DNA of 32,000 nt from Desulfobulbus propionicus DSM 2032 (GTDB taxonomy: Bacteria; Desulfobacterota; Desulfobulbia; Desulfobulbales; Desulfobulbaceae). Shown here piece by piece: positions 1 to 8,482 of the stretch. The stretch is from NCBI RefSeq assembly GCF_000186885.1, contig NC_014972.1, positions 1,530,001 through 1,562,000 of the forward strand. The letters run 5' to 3'. Position numbers and translations under genes: made by a program. Position 1 is the first letter of the stretch, and each line of letters begins with the position of its first letter. Under the pieces are notes generated by a model that saw only the letters and a program-made list of their open reading frames with translations, did not search any database and had not been told where the DNA came from.

Positions 1-134
1 AGAGGTTGGCGGACGATGAACAACTGGAAAAAGGCGATGACCGCGACGATGGGCGCCAGATCGACACAAGCGGACCAGTTTTTCTTCGCGACATAGTGCA
101 GGTGTCTGACAAACGGATGATGAAAGCCTGGCAT
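1..134 (-). CDS. Hypothetical integral membrane protein, N-terminal fragment (gene runs off the left edge)
   Basis: The minus-strand frame from ATG (132..134) reads MPGFHHPFVRHLHYVAKKNWSACVDLAPIVAVIAFFQLFIVRQPL. It has GC-rich third positions and a hydrophobic helix. A GGAG lies 7 nt upstream of the ATG. It is absent from the ORF track because it is truncated. From memory it resembles DUF1538-type membrane protein N-termini, which I cannot verify. Confidence 0.35.
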   Translation of the reverse strand, partial: MPGFHHPFVRHLHYVAKKNWSACVDLAPIVAVIAFFQLFIVRQP

Positions 135-201
135 TCATGTGCTCCGTTGCGAGTGTCCGCCTGAAAAAGGCCGGCAGGGCGCAGGCGATGGGGAAACTTA
201 T

Positions 202-221
202 AATTTATGCTATCATAAATT
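202..221. promoter_or_regulatory. Perfect 8-4-8 palindrome AATTTATG-ctat-CATAAATT in an AT-rich island; candidate operator
   Basis: Read directly: 202..209 is AATTTATG and 214..221 is CATAAATT, its exact reverse complement. It lies about 70 bp upstream of the minus-strand ATG at 134 and is the only AT-rich patch in an otherwise GC-rich spacer. Confidence 0.3.
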
Positions 222-277
222 CGATTGTTTCTCCACCGTTGAAACAGTGGCCGGGGGTGCAACACCGACTGTGCAAC

Positions 278-312
278 AAAAAAAAGCCGGGTCATTGACC
301 CGGCTTTTTTTT
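278..312. terminator. Bidirectional rho-independent terminator ending the kor-hdr operon
   Basis: The sequence is aaaaaaaa-GCCGGGTC-attg-GACCCGGC-tttttttt. An 8-bp GC-rich stem is flanked by an A-run and a T-run, so either strand reads as hairpin plus U-tract. It sits 21 nt beyond the hdrA stop (333). Confidence 0.75.
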
Positions 313-332
313 GTTCATGGATGGGGCTGTTC

Positions 333-2756
333 TTACAGTTTGCTGAGAATGTTCTGGGTTTCGGCGATTTCCTCGGCGGTCACGCTTTGCCGGATCTGTT
401 CCATTCGTTTCATGGTTTCGGCAAAACGGATGCCCTCGGCGGCGCTGATCCACTCCAGTTGCAACCGTTCCGGACGGATGCCGATCTTTTCCATCTTCTT
501 GTGGATGCGGGCCACCCGCTTCTCGGTCCAGTGGTTGGCGTCGATGTAATGGCAGTCGCCGATATGGCAGCCGCTGACCAGCACCACCGGCGCACCTTTG
601 CGGAAGCCTTCCCAGATGAACTTCTCATCCACCCGGCCCGAACACATCACCCGTACCAGGTGCACGTTGGCCGGATACTGCAACCGCGAGACACCGGCAT
701 AATCGGCGCCGGCATACGAGCACCAGTTGCAGGCAAAGGCGAGGATCTTCGACTCCGGCGCCGTATCGAGCATGGTGTCCACCTGACCAAGAATCTGGGT
801 GTCGGTGAAGTGGTTCATGCTGATAGCGTCGAACCGGCATTCGGCCGAGCAGGTGCCGCAGCCGGCGCAGGCCGCCGAATTGACCACCGCCGGCTTCTTG
901 TTCTTCACATCCACGGTGATCGCGCCATACGGACAGACCTCGGCGCACTTGCCGCAGGCCTTACACTTTTCGGCGATGATCGTCGAGGTGATTGGCTCGG
1001 TGGTGATCTCCCCTCTATGCATCACCCGAATCGCCCGCATGGCCGCAGCCGAGGCCTGGGTGACGCTGTCCTTAATGTCCTTGGGGCCCTCAGCGCAGCC
1101 GGCAAAGAAGATGCCACGGGTGGCGGCATCCACCGGCTGCAATTTGGGATGGGCTTCAAGGTAGAAACCGTCCGAGGTCAGCTGCAACCCCATGATCTCC
1201 TGCAAGCGCTGGGTCGAGGGCGCGGGTTTTATTCCCTGGGCCAGCACCAGCATGTCGAGGTCGTGAAATTCGAGTTTGCTAGTGGCAGCATTTTCCACCG
1301 CCACCCGCAGGCTGCCGTTATCAAGCTCCTCGACAGAGCCGGGCAGGCCGCGGATGTACTGGGCACCCATGCGGCGACTGCGGGTATAGAGATCTTCAAA
1401 CCCCTTGCCAAAGGCCCGGATGTCAATATAGAACACCTTGACCTCGACATCGGGATAATGCTCCTTGATGATGAAGGTCGATTTGATGGTGTTCATGCAG
1501 CAGATGTTGGAGCAGTAGTGGCCGCCCTTCTTGGCCGAGCGCGAGCCCACACACTGGATGAACCCAACCGATTTCGGGTGGTTTCTGTCCGAAGGCCGCA
1601 CCAGGGACCCTTTGGTCGGACCGCTGGCGTTGACCAACCGCTCGAATTCCAGGCTGGTCAGCACGTTGTCAAACCGGGTGTAACCGTACTCGTCCATTTC
1701 GGTCGGGTCGTAGGGCTGCAGGCCGGTGGCGACGATGATCGTGCCCACCTCCTCGATGATCTCCTCGTCCGACATGTGGAAATTGATGCAGCCCTTGGCG
1801 CAGACCTCGACGCATTTGGAGCACACCGCCGGGTTGTGGCCCAGGCACTCCTTGGCGTTGATCAGGTACGAGGAGGGCACCGCCTGAGGAAAGGGCGAGT
1901 AAATGGCCTTGCGCGATCCCAGCCCCATGTTGAACTCATCGGGCCGCACCACCGGGCAGACCTTGGCGCACTCACCGCAGGCCGTGCAGCTCGTCTCATC
2001 AACATAACGCGCCTTCTTAATGATTTTTACTTTGAAGTTACCGACGTATCCTTTTACATCGACCACTTCGCTCAACGTCAACAGCTTTATCCGTGGATGT
2101 CGACCGACATCCGTCATCTTAGGACCTAAGATTCAAATGGAGCAGTCCATCGTCGGGAAAGTCTTGTCGATCTGGGCCATGATGCCGCCGATGGAGGGGC
2201 TCTTCTCCACCAGGGTAACGTCATAGCCGCTGTCAGCCAGGTCGAGCGCCGCCTGGATCCCGGCCACGCCGCCGCCGATGACCAGGGTCTTCGGGGTCAG
2301 GGGGAGGGTGTCCTCGTGCAGCGGCTCCAGGTGGCGTACCCGGCTGATGGCCATGTTGACCAGGGTCTCGGCCTTGAGGGTCGCCCCCTCCTTGTCGTTC
2401 ATGTGCACCCAGGAGCATTGTTCGCGCAGGTTGGCCATATCGAGCATGTAGGGGTTGAGGCCCACCGCGTCGATCATCTTCTTGAAGGTCGCCTCATGGA
2501 GGCGCGGCGAGCAGGAGGCGATCACCACCCGGTCGAGGCCATTGTCGATGATGTCCTGCTTGATCTGCTGCTGCCCCGGCTCGGAACAGGCGTAGACGAT
2601 ATCCTTGGACACCACGACGCCGTCCTCGTTCTCCACGGTCTGGGCGACACGATGGCAGTCGACGGATTGGGCGATGTTGAGGCCGCAGTGGCAGACATAG
2701 ACGCCGATGCGGGGTTCCTGGTCGCCGGCGGGTTTGGCAGAAGTAGGTTTTGACAT
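333..2756 (-). CDS. hdrA: Heterodisulfide reductase subunit A fused to a C-terminal MvhD domain; predicted selenoprotein (807 aa, Sec at residue 208 encoded by TGA 2133..2135)
   Basis: Track ORFs 2133..2756 and 333..2117 share one frame and are separated only by a TGA plus 15 nt. Read-through gives ...IDKTFPTMDCSI-U-ILGPKMTDVGRHPRIKLLT..., the conserved HdrA segment.
- N-terminal part: Cys cluster (VYVCHCGLNI) and Rossmann motif VIGGGVAGIQAAL.
- Middle: ferredoxin motifs CTACGECAKVCP and CKACGKCAEVCP.
- C-terminus: MvhD-type ILAFACNWCSYAGAD...MCSGR...SGCHIGDCHY.
- GGAGAA RBS 6 nt upstream of the ATG at 2756. Confidence 0.85.
2096..2132 (-). promoter_or_regulatory. Candidate bacterial SECIS element downstream of the hdrA UGA
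   Basis: The mRNA after the UGA reads AUCUUAG-GUC-CUAAGAU (nt +1..+17, 7-bp stem), then AUGACG..., then GAUGUC-GGUC-GACAUC (nt +22..+37, 6-bp stem with a GGUC apical loop). The GGUC loop resembles the E. coli fdhF SECIS apex as I recall it. Folding was done by eye only. Confidence 0.45.
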
Positions 2757-2871
2757 GGTTGTTCTCCGAAAAAGCGTATGAGCTTGTTGGTCTATTCGTC
2801 TGTAGGATTTTGGTCGGGAGGGGTTCGTTGTTTGCCTCGCGGACCGGTCCCGCTACAGGTGATCGATCTTC

Positions 2872-4479
2872 TTATTCCCAGCGGATGGTCTGGGCGATAA
2901 CGCTGGTCAAATCCATCAGTTCGATGCTGAGCTGTTCGCGGCGGAAGGGGTCTTCCATGGCGCATTTGAGATGGATCTGGCATTTGGGGCAGGCGGTGAC
3001 CACCAGGTCGCTGCCGGTGGCGTGCGCCTGCTGAAGCCGTTTGACCTGCATGGCCTTGCTGTAGCTGTCGCAGCCGGTCCAGGCACAGTTGCCGCAGCAG
3101 ATCGAGGCACCGCCGGATTCCTTCATTTCCACGAATTGTTTGGGTTTGAGCCGTTTGAGCAGTTTGCGCGGCAAATCGACCCTCCCCTCCAGGCGGCCCA
3201 GGCGGCAGGAATCCTGGAAGGTGATCGCATGGTCAAACGGTTCGAAGCCGACGGCTCCCTTGTCAATCTGTTCTTCAAGGAAATCATAGAGATGGACCAC
3301 CTTGAATTTTGGTTCCAGCCCCTGCTCGGCATAGGTGGTGCGCAGGGTCATGAAACACTCGGGACAGGTGGTGATCACCGTCTCGATGCCCAGTTGATTG
3401 AGCTGGTCGACATTGAGCCGGGCCAGCCGTAGAAAGTTTTCCCGGTCGCCGGACCAGAGCAGGTCGTGGCCGCAGCAGCGCTCGTCGCTCAGCAGGCGGG
3501 GGGCGACGTCGAAAAAGTTCAGCAACCGCAGGCTGTCGATCAGAATCCGGTTGGTTTCCACTTCCATGCGCTTGCCGAAAAAAACATCGTAATAGGGAGC
3601 GCAACCGCCGAAAAACAGGGTGGTACTGTGCGGATCGACGCGAATGTCCTCGGGCAGCTCGGTCCATCGCTTGGGAGTGATCGAGGGCGAGCTCATGGAG
3701 CGCATCAACGAATGGAAAAAGCCGCCGTGCACCTCCTGGCCAGGGAGTTCGGTTTGCCGGTAAAGGTGGCGCAATTCCTTGATGAAGGCTGGAAAGTTGA
3801 CCGCCGAGGGGCAGCGCTCATAGCAGAGACCGCAGGTCAGGCAGGACCAGGCGTTTTCGCGCACGCCGGGCGCGTGGATGCCGCCGGTGATCACCGCCGA
3901 GGCAATGGCACGCGGCGAGAAGGATTTGCCGATCAGAGCCAGGGGGCAGGCCGAGGTGCATTTGCCGCAATCCTGGCAGGCGTGGATATCGTAGGTAGCG
4001 ACCAGCTGCTGCAGTTCCTGCTTGCAGGCGGCCACATCCGGGACCGGAACCACCGGCACGGGATCGATGCCGGCCGGCCCAAGGGCGCGAATATCGGAGC
4101 TGAACTCCTGGAGAAAGGCGAGCAGCTGCTCCGACTCTTCCGGGAGAAAGGCGGCGAAGCGCAACCGGTCACCGCCCAGGCCCATGATATCGAGCACCTT
4201 CTGCACGTCCTGGGTGTTGCGCTGGGAGGTGGCGGTGCCGCTGCCGTAGCGGCAGGTGCCTGGTTCGCAACCCACCAGGGCGACGCCGTCTGCGCCCTTG
4301 GCAAAAGCCTTGAGCATCATTGCCCGGTCGATGCGGCCGGTGCATGGAGTGCGAACCATGCGGATCTCGTCGGGAATGGGCCGGCGCTGATCCTGCAGGG
4401 TGAGGAAGGCGGCATGGGCCCCCCAGTTACAGAGAAAAAGAAGGATATTCAACTTGTTGTGACTGGCTTGATTATTCAT
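2872..4479 (-). CDS. MvhD-HdrC-HdrB fusion protein (535 aa): MvhD-like domain, 2x[4Fe-4S] ferredoxin domain and two CCG domains
   Basis: - The chosen start, MNNQASHNKLNILLFLCNWGAH..., overlaps the upstream stop within ATGAATAA. The track ORF extends to 4608, but that extension is an Ala/Pro/Arg-rich stretch overlapping the upstream gene.
- MvhD-like segment: LCNW...PCTGR...VGCEPGTCRY.
- HdrC-like motifs: CQDCGKCTSACP and CLTCGLCYERCP.
- HdrB-like CCG motifs: ERCCGHD...TTCPEC and SICCGNC...TACPKC. Confidence 0.8.
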   Translation of the reverse strand: MNNQASHNKLNILLFLCNWGAHAAFLTLQDQRRPIPDEIRMVRTPCTGRIDRAMMLKAFAKGADGVALVGCEPGTCRYGSGTATSQRNTQDVQKVLDIMGLGGDRLRFAAFLPEESEQLLAFLQEFSSDIRALGPAGIDPVPVVPVPDVAACKQELQQLVATYDIHACQDCGKCTSACPLALIGKSFSPRAIASAVITGGIHAPGVRENAWSCLTCGLCYERCPSAVNFPAFIKELRHLYRQTELPGQEVHGGFFHSLMRSMSSPSITPKRWTELPEDIRVDPHSTTLFFGGCAPYYDVFFGKRMEVETNRILIDSLRLLNFFDVAPRLLSDERCCGHDLLWSGDRENFLRLARLNVDQLNQLGIETVITTCPECFMTLRTTYAEQGLEPKFKVVHLYDFLEEQIDKGAVGFEPFDHAITFQDSCRLGRLEGRVDLPRKLLKRLKPKQFVEMKESGGASICCGNCAWTGCDSYSKAMQVKRLQQAHATGSDLVVTACPKCQIHLKCAMEDPFRREQLSIELMDLTSVIAQTIRWE

Positions 4480-7400
4480 GGACGCTGTCCTTGGAGAGCA
4501 ACTCCTCAAGGGCCTGTTCGAGAAAGGCCCGATTGCGGTAGGGACTGTCGGCGGCGCCGGTGGGGCAGACCGAGAGGCAGTTGCCGCAGCCCTTGCACAG
4601 GGCTTCATCGATGTGGGCGTGCCAGCCCCCCACGGTGTTGGCTTGCAGGGTCACCGCGTGATAGAGACAGACATTGGCGCAACGGCCGCAGCCGCGGCAC
4701 AGCTGGTCGTCGATGGCCGCGGTGAATCCCTTGGACTGGCGGGGGCCACGCGGCATGGCCGCCGCCACCATCACCGCCGCCGCCGTTCCCTTTTTTAGCT
4801 TGGAAACGTTGATGTCCGGCGGTTCGGCCAAATACAGGCCGGGCACCGAGGTGGCGCAGGGATAGGCAAAGGGGATGCCGGTGATCCCGCGCTCCTGCAT
4901 CAGCGGCTCGACCGGGGCGCTCGGCAGTCCTTCCTGGTGACTGTAGGCGATGCGCCGCCGGGCCTTTTCCCCGAGGATGACCGTGCCGGCCCGCAGGATC
5001 TGACTGTGGCCGTCGGATTCGATCAATATCTGAAAGTCACCCAAGGTGCCGCTGATGCCCTTGACGTTCCAGTCCGGGAAGTTGTGGATATTGGCATGAT
5101 CAACCAGATCGGTGAGCGGCTGCTCGGCGGTCCCGAAACGGAAGACCTCGTGATCGCTGTCCGCCAGCGTCAGGGCGCTGGTGATGGTCGCCTGGGAGTT
5201 GCCGATGACCGCGGCGGCAAAGTTGTAGTTGCGGTCCACCGTCGGCAGCGGCTTGAGGGTCAGGGTCCGCTTGATCGAGCGTTGCAGCAATCCCTTGAAC
5301 CGGTCCAGGGCCAATGCTGGATTGGATTCGACCAGCCGGAGAATCTCGCCGCGCAGGTTGCAGGTCTCGACCATGGAACGGCTGATGCCGGTACCGTGGA
5401 ACAGGTTGTTTTTCAACCGGCTGCGTTGATCGGTACAGGCGCTGCACACAAAATTGAGCGGGCAGCAGACGCAGGAGGCGAGCACCAGGCGGGTGATCCC
5501 CTTTTCCCGCACCGCATGGATGATGGCCTGGGAGCCTTCCTCCACGCAGGCCGAGGCGAGCATCTCGGTGTGGACGATGTCCGGGTCGGTGGCGGCCAGT
5601 TGTTCGAGGTAGTCGTTCATGCCTTCCAGCCAGCCCAGGCTGTCGTTGCAGCGGCAGACAAAAACACCGATGCGGATCTCCGGCGACAGGCCGGAGTCTG
5701 GCACCGAGACCGTGCGGCCGTGTCCCTTGGTCTTGTTGGAGGCGCCGCCCAGCAGCAGCATGGCACGGGCGGCGGCGTCAAAACCCCGCACGATCATGTC
5801 GTTGACATTGGGCCGCGCCGCCTTGGGCCCATAGGCGCGGATGATGTCGTCGCCCTTGATGTTGGGGGCGATGTTCGGATCGGCGACGATCACCGCGCCG
5901 CACTGTTCGACGACCTCGTCTTTTTCCTGGAAATGGTCGATGGCCTTGAGCGCGCCGCAGGCGGCGACGCACTGCAGGCATTCCGAGCACACGCCGCATT
6001 GCAGGCAACGGCTGGCCTCGGCCGCCATCTGGGATTGGGTGAAGCCCGTGGCCACTTCCTGAAAACTGTGCATTCGCGTGGCTGCCTGGAGTTCGGGCAC
6101 ACGGGTGCGCGGTTGCTTGGGCAGATCCTCGGGAATACAACGGAAATCCTTGGCGTTCGGCCGGGACACCGCACTCTCCTCGCGGATGCCGCTGAGGTCC
6201 GCGTGGATGGCACGCGCCGCCTTGCGCCCGGTGGCCATGGCCTTGACCACCGAGGAAGGACCGGAAACCGTGTCGCCGGCGGCGTAGACCCGGGCCATGG
6301 TGGTGTGCAACTCCTGATCGGTTTCGATGAAACCGCGTTCGCTGACCGCGATCCGGCCGCCGAAGCTCTTGGCGGTATAGCCGCCCACCTGGCCGATGGC
6401 CACGAAGGCGCGGTCAAAGGCACGTTGAACAGGTTGCTGCCCCTCGGCCACCACCGGCCAGGCGATGCCGCGGCTGTCCGGTTTACCCGGTTGGGTGCGC
6501 ATGCATTCCAGGTGACTGAAGCGGCCGTTTTCGCCCCGGAAGGCGACCACCTGGGTGGCGTCGATGATCGTCACCCCCTCCTCGACCGCCTCGCGGACCT
6601 CGTCCGGATCGGCCGGGATGTGTTCGGCATCGAACCAGGAAACGATGCTCACCTGGGCGCCCATGCGGGCCAGGGTACGGGCCAGGTCAAAGGCCGAGTT
6701 GCCGTCGCCGATCACCGCCACCTTTTCCGGTAGACTGGTCAGTGCCTCCCATTCCTTGCGCGCCAGGAACGCCAGGCATCCTTCCACTCCCGGCAGATCC
6801 TCGCCCTCGACACCCATCCGCCGGTCCTGCCAGGTGCCGGTGGAGAGGATCAGGGCATCGTGTTCCCGGGACAGACGATCAAGGTCGGCGGCCAGATCAA
6901 TGGGGTGATTGGCGACAAAGTTGACTCCCATCTGTTCGATCAGGTGGATCTCGCGGTCGAGAATGGCACGCGGCAGACGATGGGCGCCGATGCCGTAGCG
7001 GAGCAGTCCGCCGACCTCGGGCTCCTTTTCAAAGACCGTGACCCCGTAGCCCTTGCGCGCCAGGTCGGCCGCGGCGGCGATCCCCGCCGGACCGGAACCG
7101 ATCACCGCGATGTTCTCGGGCCGTTTCGCCACGGTTTGCTCCGCCGTGATCTGAGCGGCGGCCTCGGTGCTTTCGTAGTCGGCGAGAAAACGCTTGATCG
7201 CCCGAATCGACACCGGATCGTCGACTCCGCCGCGACGACAGGCTTCCTCGCAGGGATGGGTGCAGACCCGGCCGCAAATGCCGGGCAGGACATTGTCCCG
7301 GCGGATCAGGGCCAGGGCCTCGGCATATCTGCCTTGGGCGGCCAGGGCGATGTAGCCTTGGGCATTGACCCCCAGCGGACAGTTTTCCTGGCAGAGCGGC

Positions 7401-7852
7401 TGGCGACGCTTGTCGATCCAAGGTCGGCCAGGCAGGCTGGTGCGGGCGTTGTAGCGCAATGCCCGGCCGCCATCCGGATGGTTCACGGGGCAGGCGGCCA
7501 CGCATTTGCCGCACAGGGTGCAGCGGTCGGTGTCGATAAAGGTCTGCTCCTGATCGATGCGGACACTGAATCCCTGAGAGGTGTGTTTGATAGAGCTAAT
7601 TCGTGCCGGCAGCAGGGTGCGGATCGAGGTGTTGCGGATGATTCGGATCAGGCCCGGTCGATGGGCAAAATTGAAGGTCAAGCCGGAGGGCAGGCGGTAT
7701 TCTTCGGCCGCCAGTTTGCGGTCCAGGTCGGGATCGCCATCGATCAGGGTTACTGGAATACCCAGTTCACCCAGCTTGTTGGTGGCGGCGATGCCCTCCG
7801 GGGTGGCGCCGGCGACGATCACCCGATACAATCGTTCTTTCTGTCGTTTCAT
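4472..7852 (-). CDS. Large HdrA-like/GltD(NfnB)-like multidomain flavo-iron-sulfur oxidoreductase (HdrL-like, 1126 aa)
   Basis: - N-terminal degenerate Rossmann motif: YRVIVAGATPEG.
- Ferredoxin motif: CTLCGKCVAACP.
- Glutamate-synthase-small-subunit-type module: RYAEALALIRRDNVLPGICGRVCTHPCEEACRRG, IAVIGSGPAGIAAAADLARKGYGVTVFEKEPEVGGLLRYGI, VAVIGDGNSAFDLA, VYAAGD.
- HdrA-type Cys-rich modules: CLQCGVCSECLQCVAACGA, IGVFVCRCNDSLGW, LVLASCVCCPLNFVCSAC.
- C-terminal 2x[4Fe-4S] motifs: CRGCGRCANVC and CKGCGNCLSVCP.
- The start ATG overlaps the korC stop (ATGA). Confidence 0.8.
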   Translation of the reverse strand: MKRQKERLYRVIVAGATPEGIAATNKLGELGIPVTLIDGDPDLDRKLAAEEYRLPSGLTFNFAHRPGLIRIIRNTSIRTLLPARISSIKHTSQGFSVRIDQEQTFIDTDRCTLCGKCVAACPVNHPDGGRALRYNARTSLPGRPWIDKRRQPLCQENCPLGVNAQGYIALAAQGRYAEALALIRRDNVLPGICGRVCTHPCEEACRRGGVDDPVSIRAIKRFLADYESTEAAAQITAEQTVAKRPENIAVIGSGPAGIAAAADLARKGYGVTVFEKEPEVGGLLRYGIGAHRLPRAILDREIHLIEQMGVNFVANHPIDLAADLDRLSREHDALILSTGTWQDRRMGVEGEDLPGVEGCLAFLARKEWEALTSLPEKVAVIGDGNSAFDLARTLARMGAQVSIVSWFDAEHIPADPDEVREAVEEGVTIIDATQVVAFRGENGRFSHLECMRTQPGKPDSRGIAWPVVAEGQQPVQRAFDRAFVAIGQVGGYTAKSFGGRIAVSERGFIETDQELHTTMARVYAAGDTVSGPSSVVKAMATGRKAARAIHADLSGIREESAVSRPNAKDFRCIPEDLPKQPRTRVPELQAATRMHSFQEVATGFTQSQMAAEASRCLQCGVCSECLQCVAACGALKAIDHFQEKDEVVEQCGAVIVADPNIAPNIKGDDIIRAYGPKAARPNVNDMIVRGFDAAARAMLLLGGASNKTKGHGRTVSVPDSGLSPEIRIGVFVCRCNDSLGWLEGMNDYLEQLAATDPDIVHTEMLASACVEEGSQAIIHAVREKGITRLVLASCVCCPLNFVCSACTDQRSRLKNNLFHGTGISRSMVETCNLRGEILRLVESNPALALDRFKGLLQRSIKRTLTLKPLPTVDRNYNFAAAVIGNSQATITSALTLADSDHEVFRFGTAEQPLTDLVDHANIHNFPDWNVKGISGTLGDFQILIESDGHSQILRAGTVILGEKARRRIAYSHQEGLPSAPVEPLMQERGITGIPFAYPCATSVPGLYLAEPPDINVSKLKKGTAAAVMVAAAMPRGPRQSKGFTAAIDDQLCRGCGRCANVCLYHAVTLQANTVGGWHAHIDEALCKGCGNCLSVCPTGAADSPYRNRAFLEQALEELLSKDSVHE

Positions 7853-8451
7853 TGCGCCTTGGCTCCTGTCTGGCCGGCGGCCCGTTTTTCCCGACCCTTG
7901 AGGGTGGACAGACCGTAATCAAATCCCTTGGTGAAGGCCTCGATGTTGCGTTCCTCGGTGCCCTTGGGCACTGACTGGCGGATGGTGGCCTGGGCGGCCT
8001 CGCTGGAAACCGCCTTGGTGATGGCGGTACAGAAACCGAGCATGATGATGTTGGCCATCATCTTGTTGCCCAGATTCTCGGCCATGCGGGTGGCCGCGAT
8101 GGCGAAATGGTCGCAGGGCGCGTTTTCCGGGTTGACCAGGTCTTGGTCGACCAGGAGTACCGACTCGGGCACCAGGGCTGGCGCGAATTTGTCGTAGCCG
8201 GCCTGGGACATGGCCACCAGGATCTTGGGGGTGTTGACGTAGGGGTAATGGATCGGGACGTCGGAGATGATAACCTGGGCATTGCAGGCGCCGCCGCGCG
8301 ATTCCGGGCCATAGGCCTGGACCAGGGTGGATTCCTTCTTGTCGCCGAGCGAGGCCGCCATGCCGAGGATCCGACCGGCCAGAATGATGCCCTGGCCGCC
8401 GAAACCGGTGACGATGATCTCGGTCTGGCTGGATGGTGCGTTTTTGCTCAT
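7849..8451 (-). CDS. korC: 2-oxoacid:ferredoxin oxidoreductase gamma subunit (probably 2-oxoglutarate-type)
   Basis: The sequence IIVTGFGGQGIILAGRILGMAA...YGPESRGG is the characteristic gamma-subunit motif. Size is 200 aa. It is the last gene of a delta-alpha-beta-gamma order like OorDABC/KorDABC. Substrate specificity is not provable from sequence alone. Confidence 0.8.
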   Translation of the reverse strand: MSKNAPSSQTEIIVTGFGGQGIILAGRILGMAASLGDKKESTLVQAYGPESRGGACNAQVIISDVPIHYPYVNTPKILVAMSQAGYDKFAPALVPESVLLVDQDLVNPENAPCDHFAIAATRMAENLGNKMMANIIMLGFCTAITKAVSSEAAQATIRQSVPKGTEERNIEAFTKGFDYGLSTLKGREKRAAGQTGAKAQ

Positions 8452-8482
8452 GGTGTTTCCCGGAATGGAGAAGAGAAAAGGA

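Noticed and set aside
321-2129. 602-aa plus-strand ORF antisense to hdrA
   Set aside because: It mirrors a minus-strand gene with unmistakable HdrA/MvhD motifs. Its product is a low-complexity Gly/Ala/Arg/His/Asp-rich string with no motifs. Long stop-free antisense frames are expected at this GC content.
2133-2756. Reading the 207-aa ORF as a separate small gene, or hdrA as a pseudogene disrupted by a nonsense mutation
   Set aside because: The stop is a TGA at a conserved Cys position of a known selenoprotein family. The downstream frame continues in phase with perfect family similarity, there is no other decay, and a SECIS-like hairpin follows. Selenocysteine recoding is the better explanation, though unproven without sel genes.
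2872-4608. N-terminal extensions of several track ORFs (2872..4608, 8483..9433, 17236..18006, 20094..22799, 22732..23247, 23272..25080, 27860..29131, 29073..29612, 13765..15162, 15194..16582)
   Set aside because: The extra residues are Pro/Arg/Ala/Gly-rich and overlap upstream genes or promoter regions. They precede internal ATG or GTG codons that have proper Shine-Dalgarno sequences and family-typical N-termini.
4937-7918. Plus-strand ORFs of 598 aa (4937..6733) and 352 aa (6860..7918) antisense to the HdrL-like gene
   Set aside because: They are GC-driven antisense frames with no motifs, and the sense gene has dense Fe-S and Rossmann signatures.
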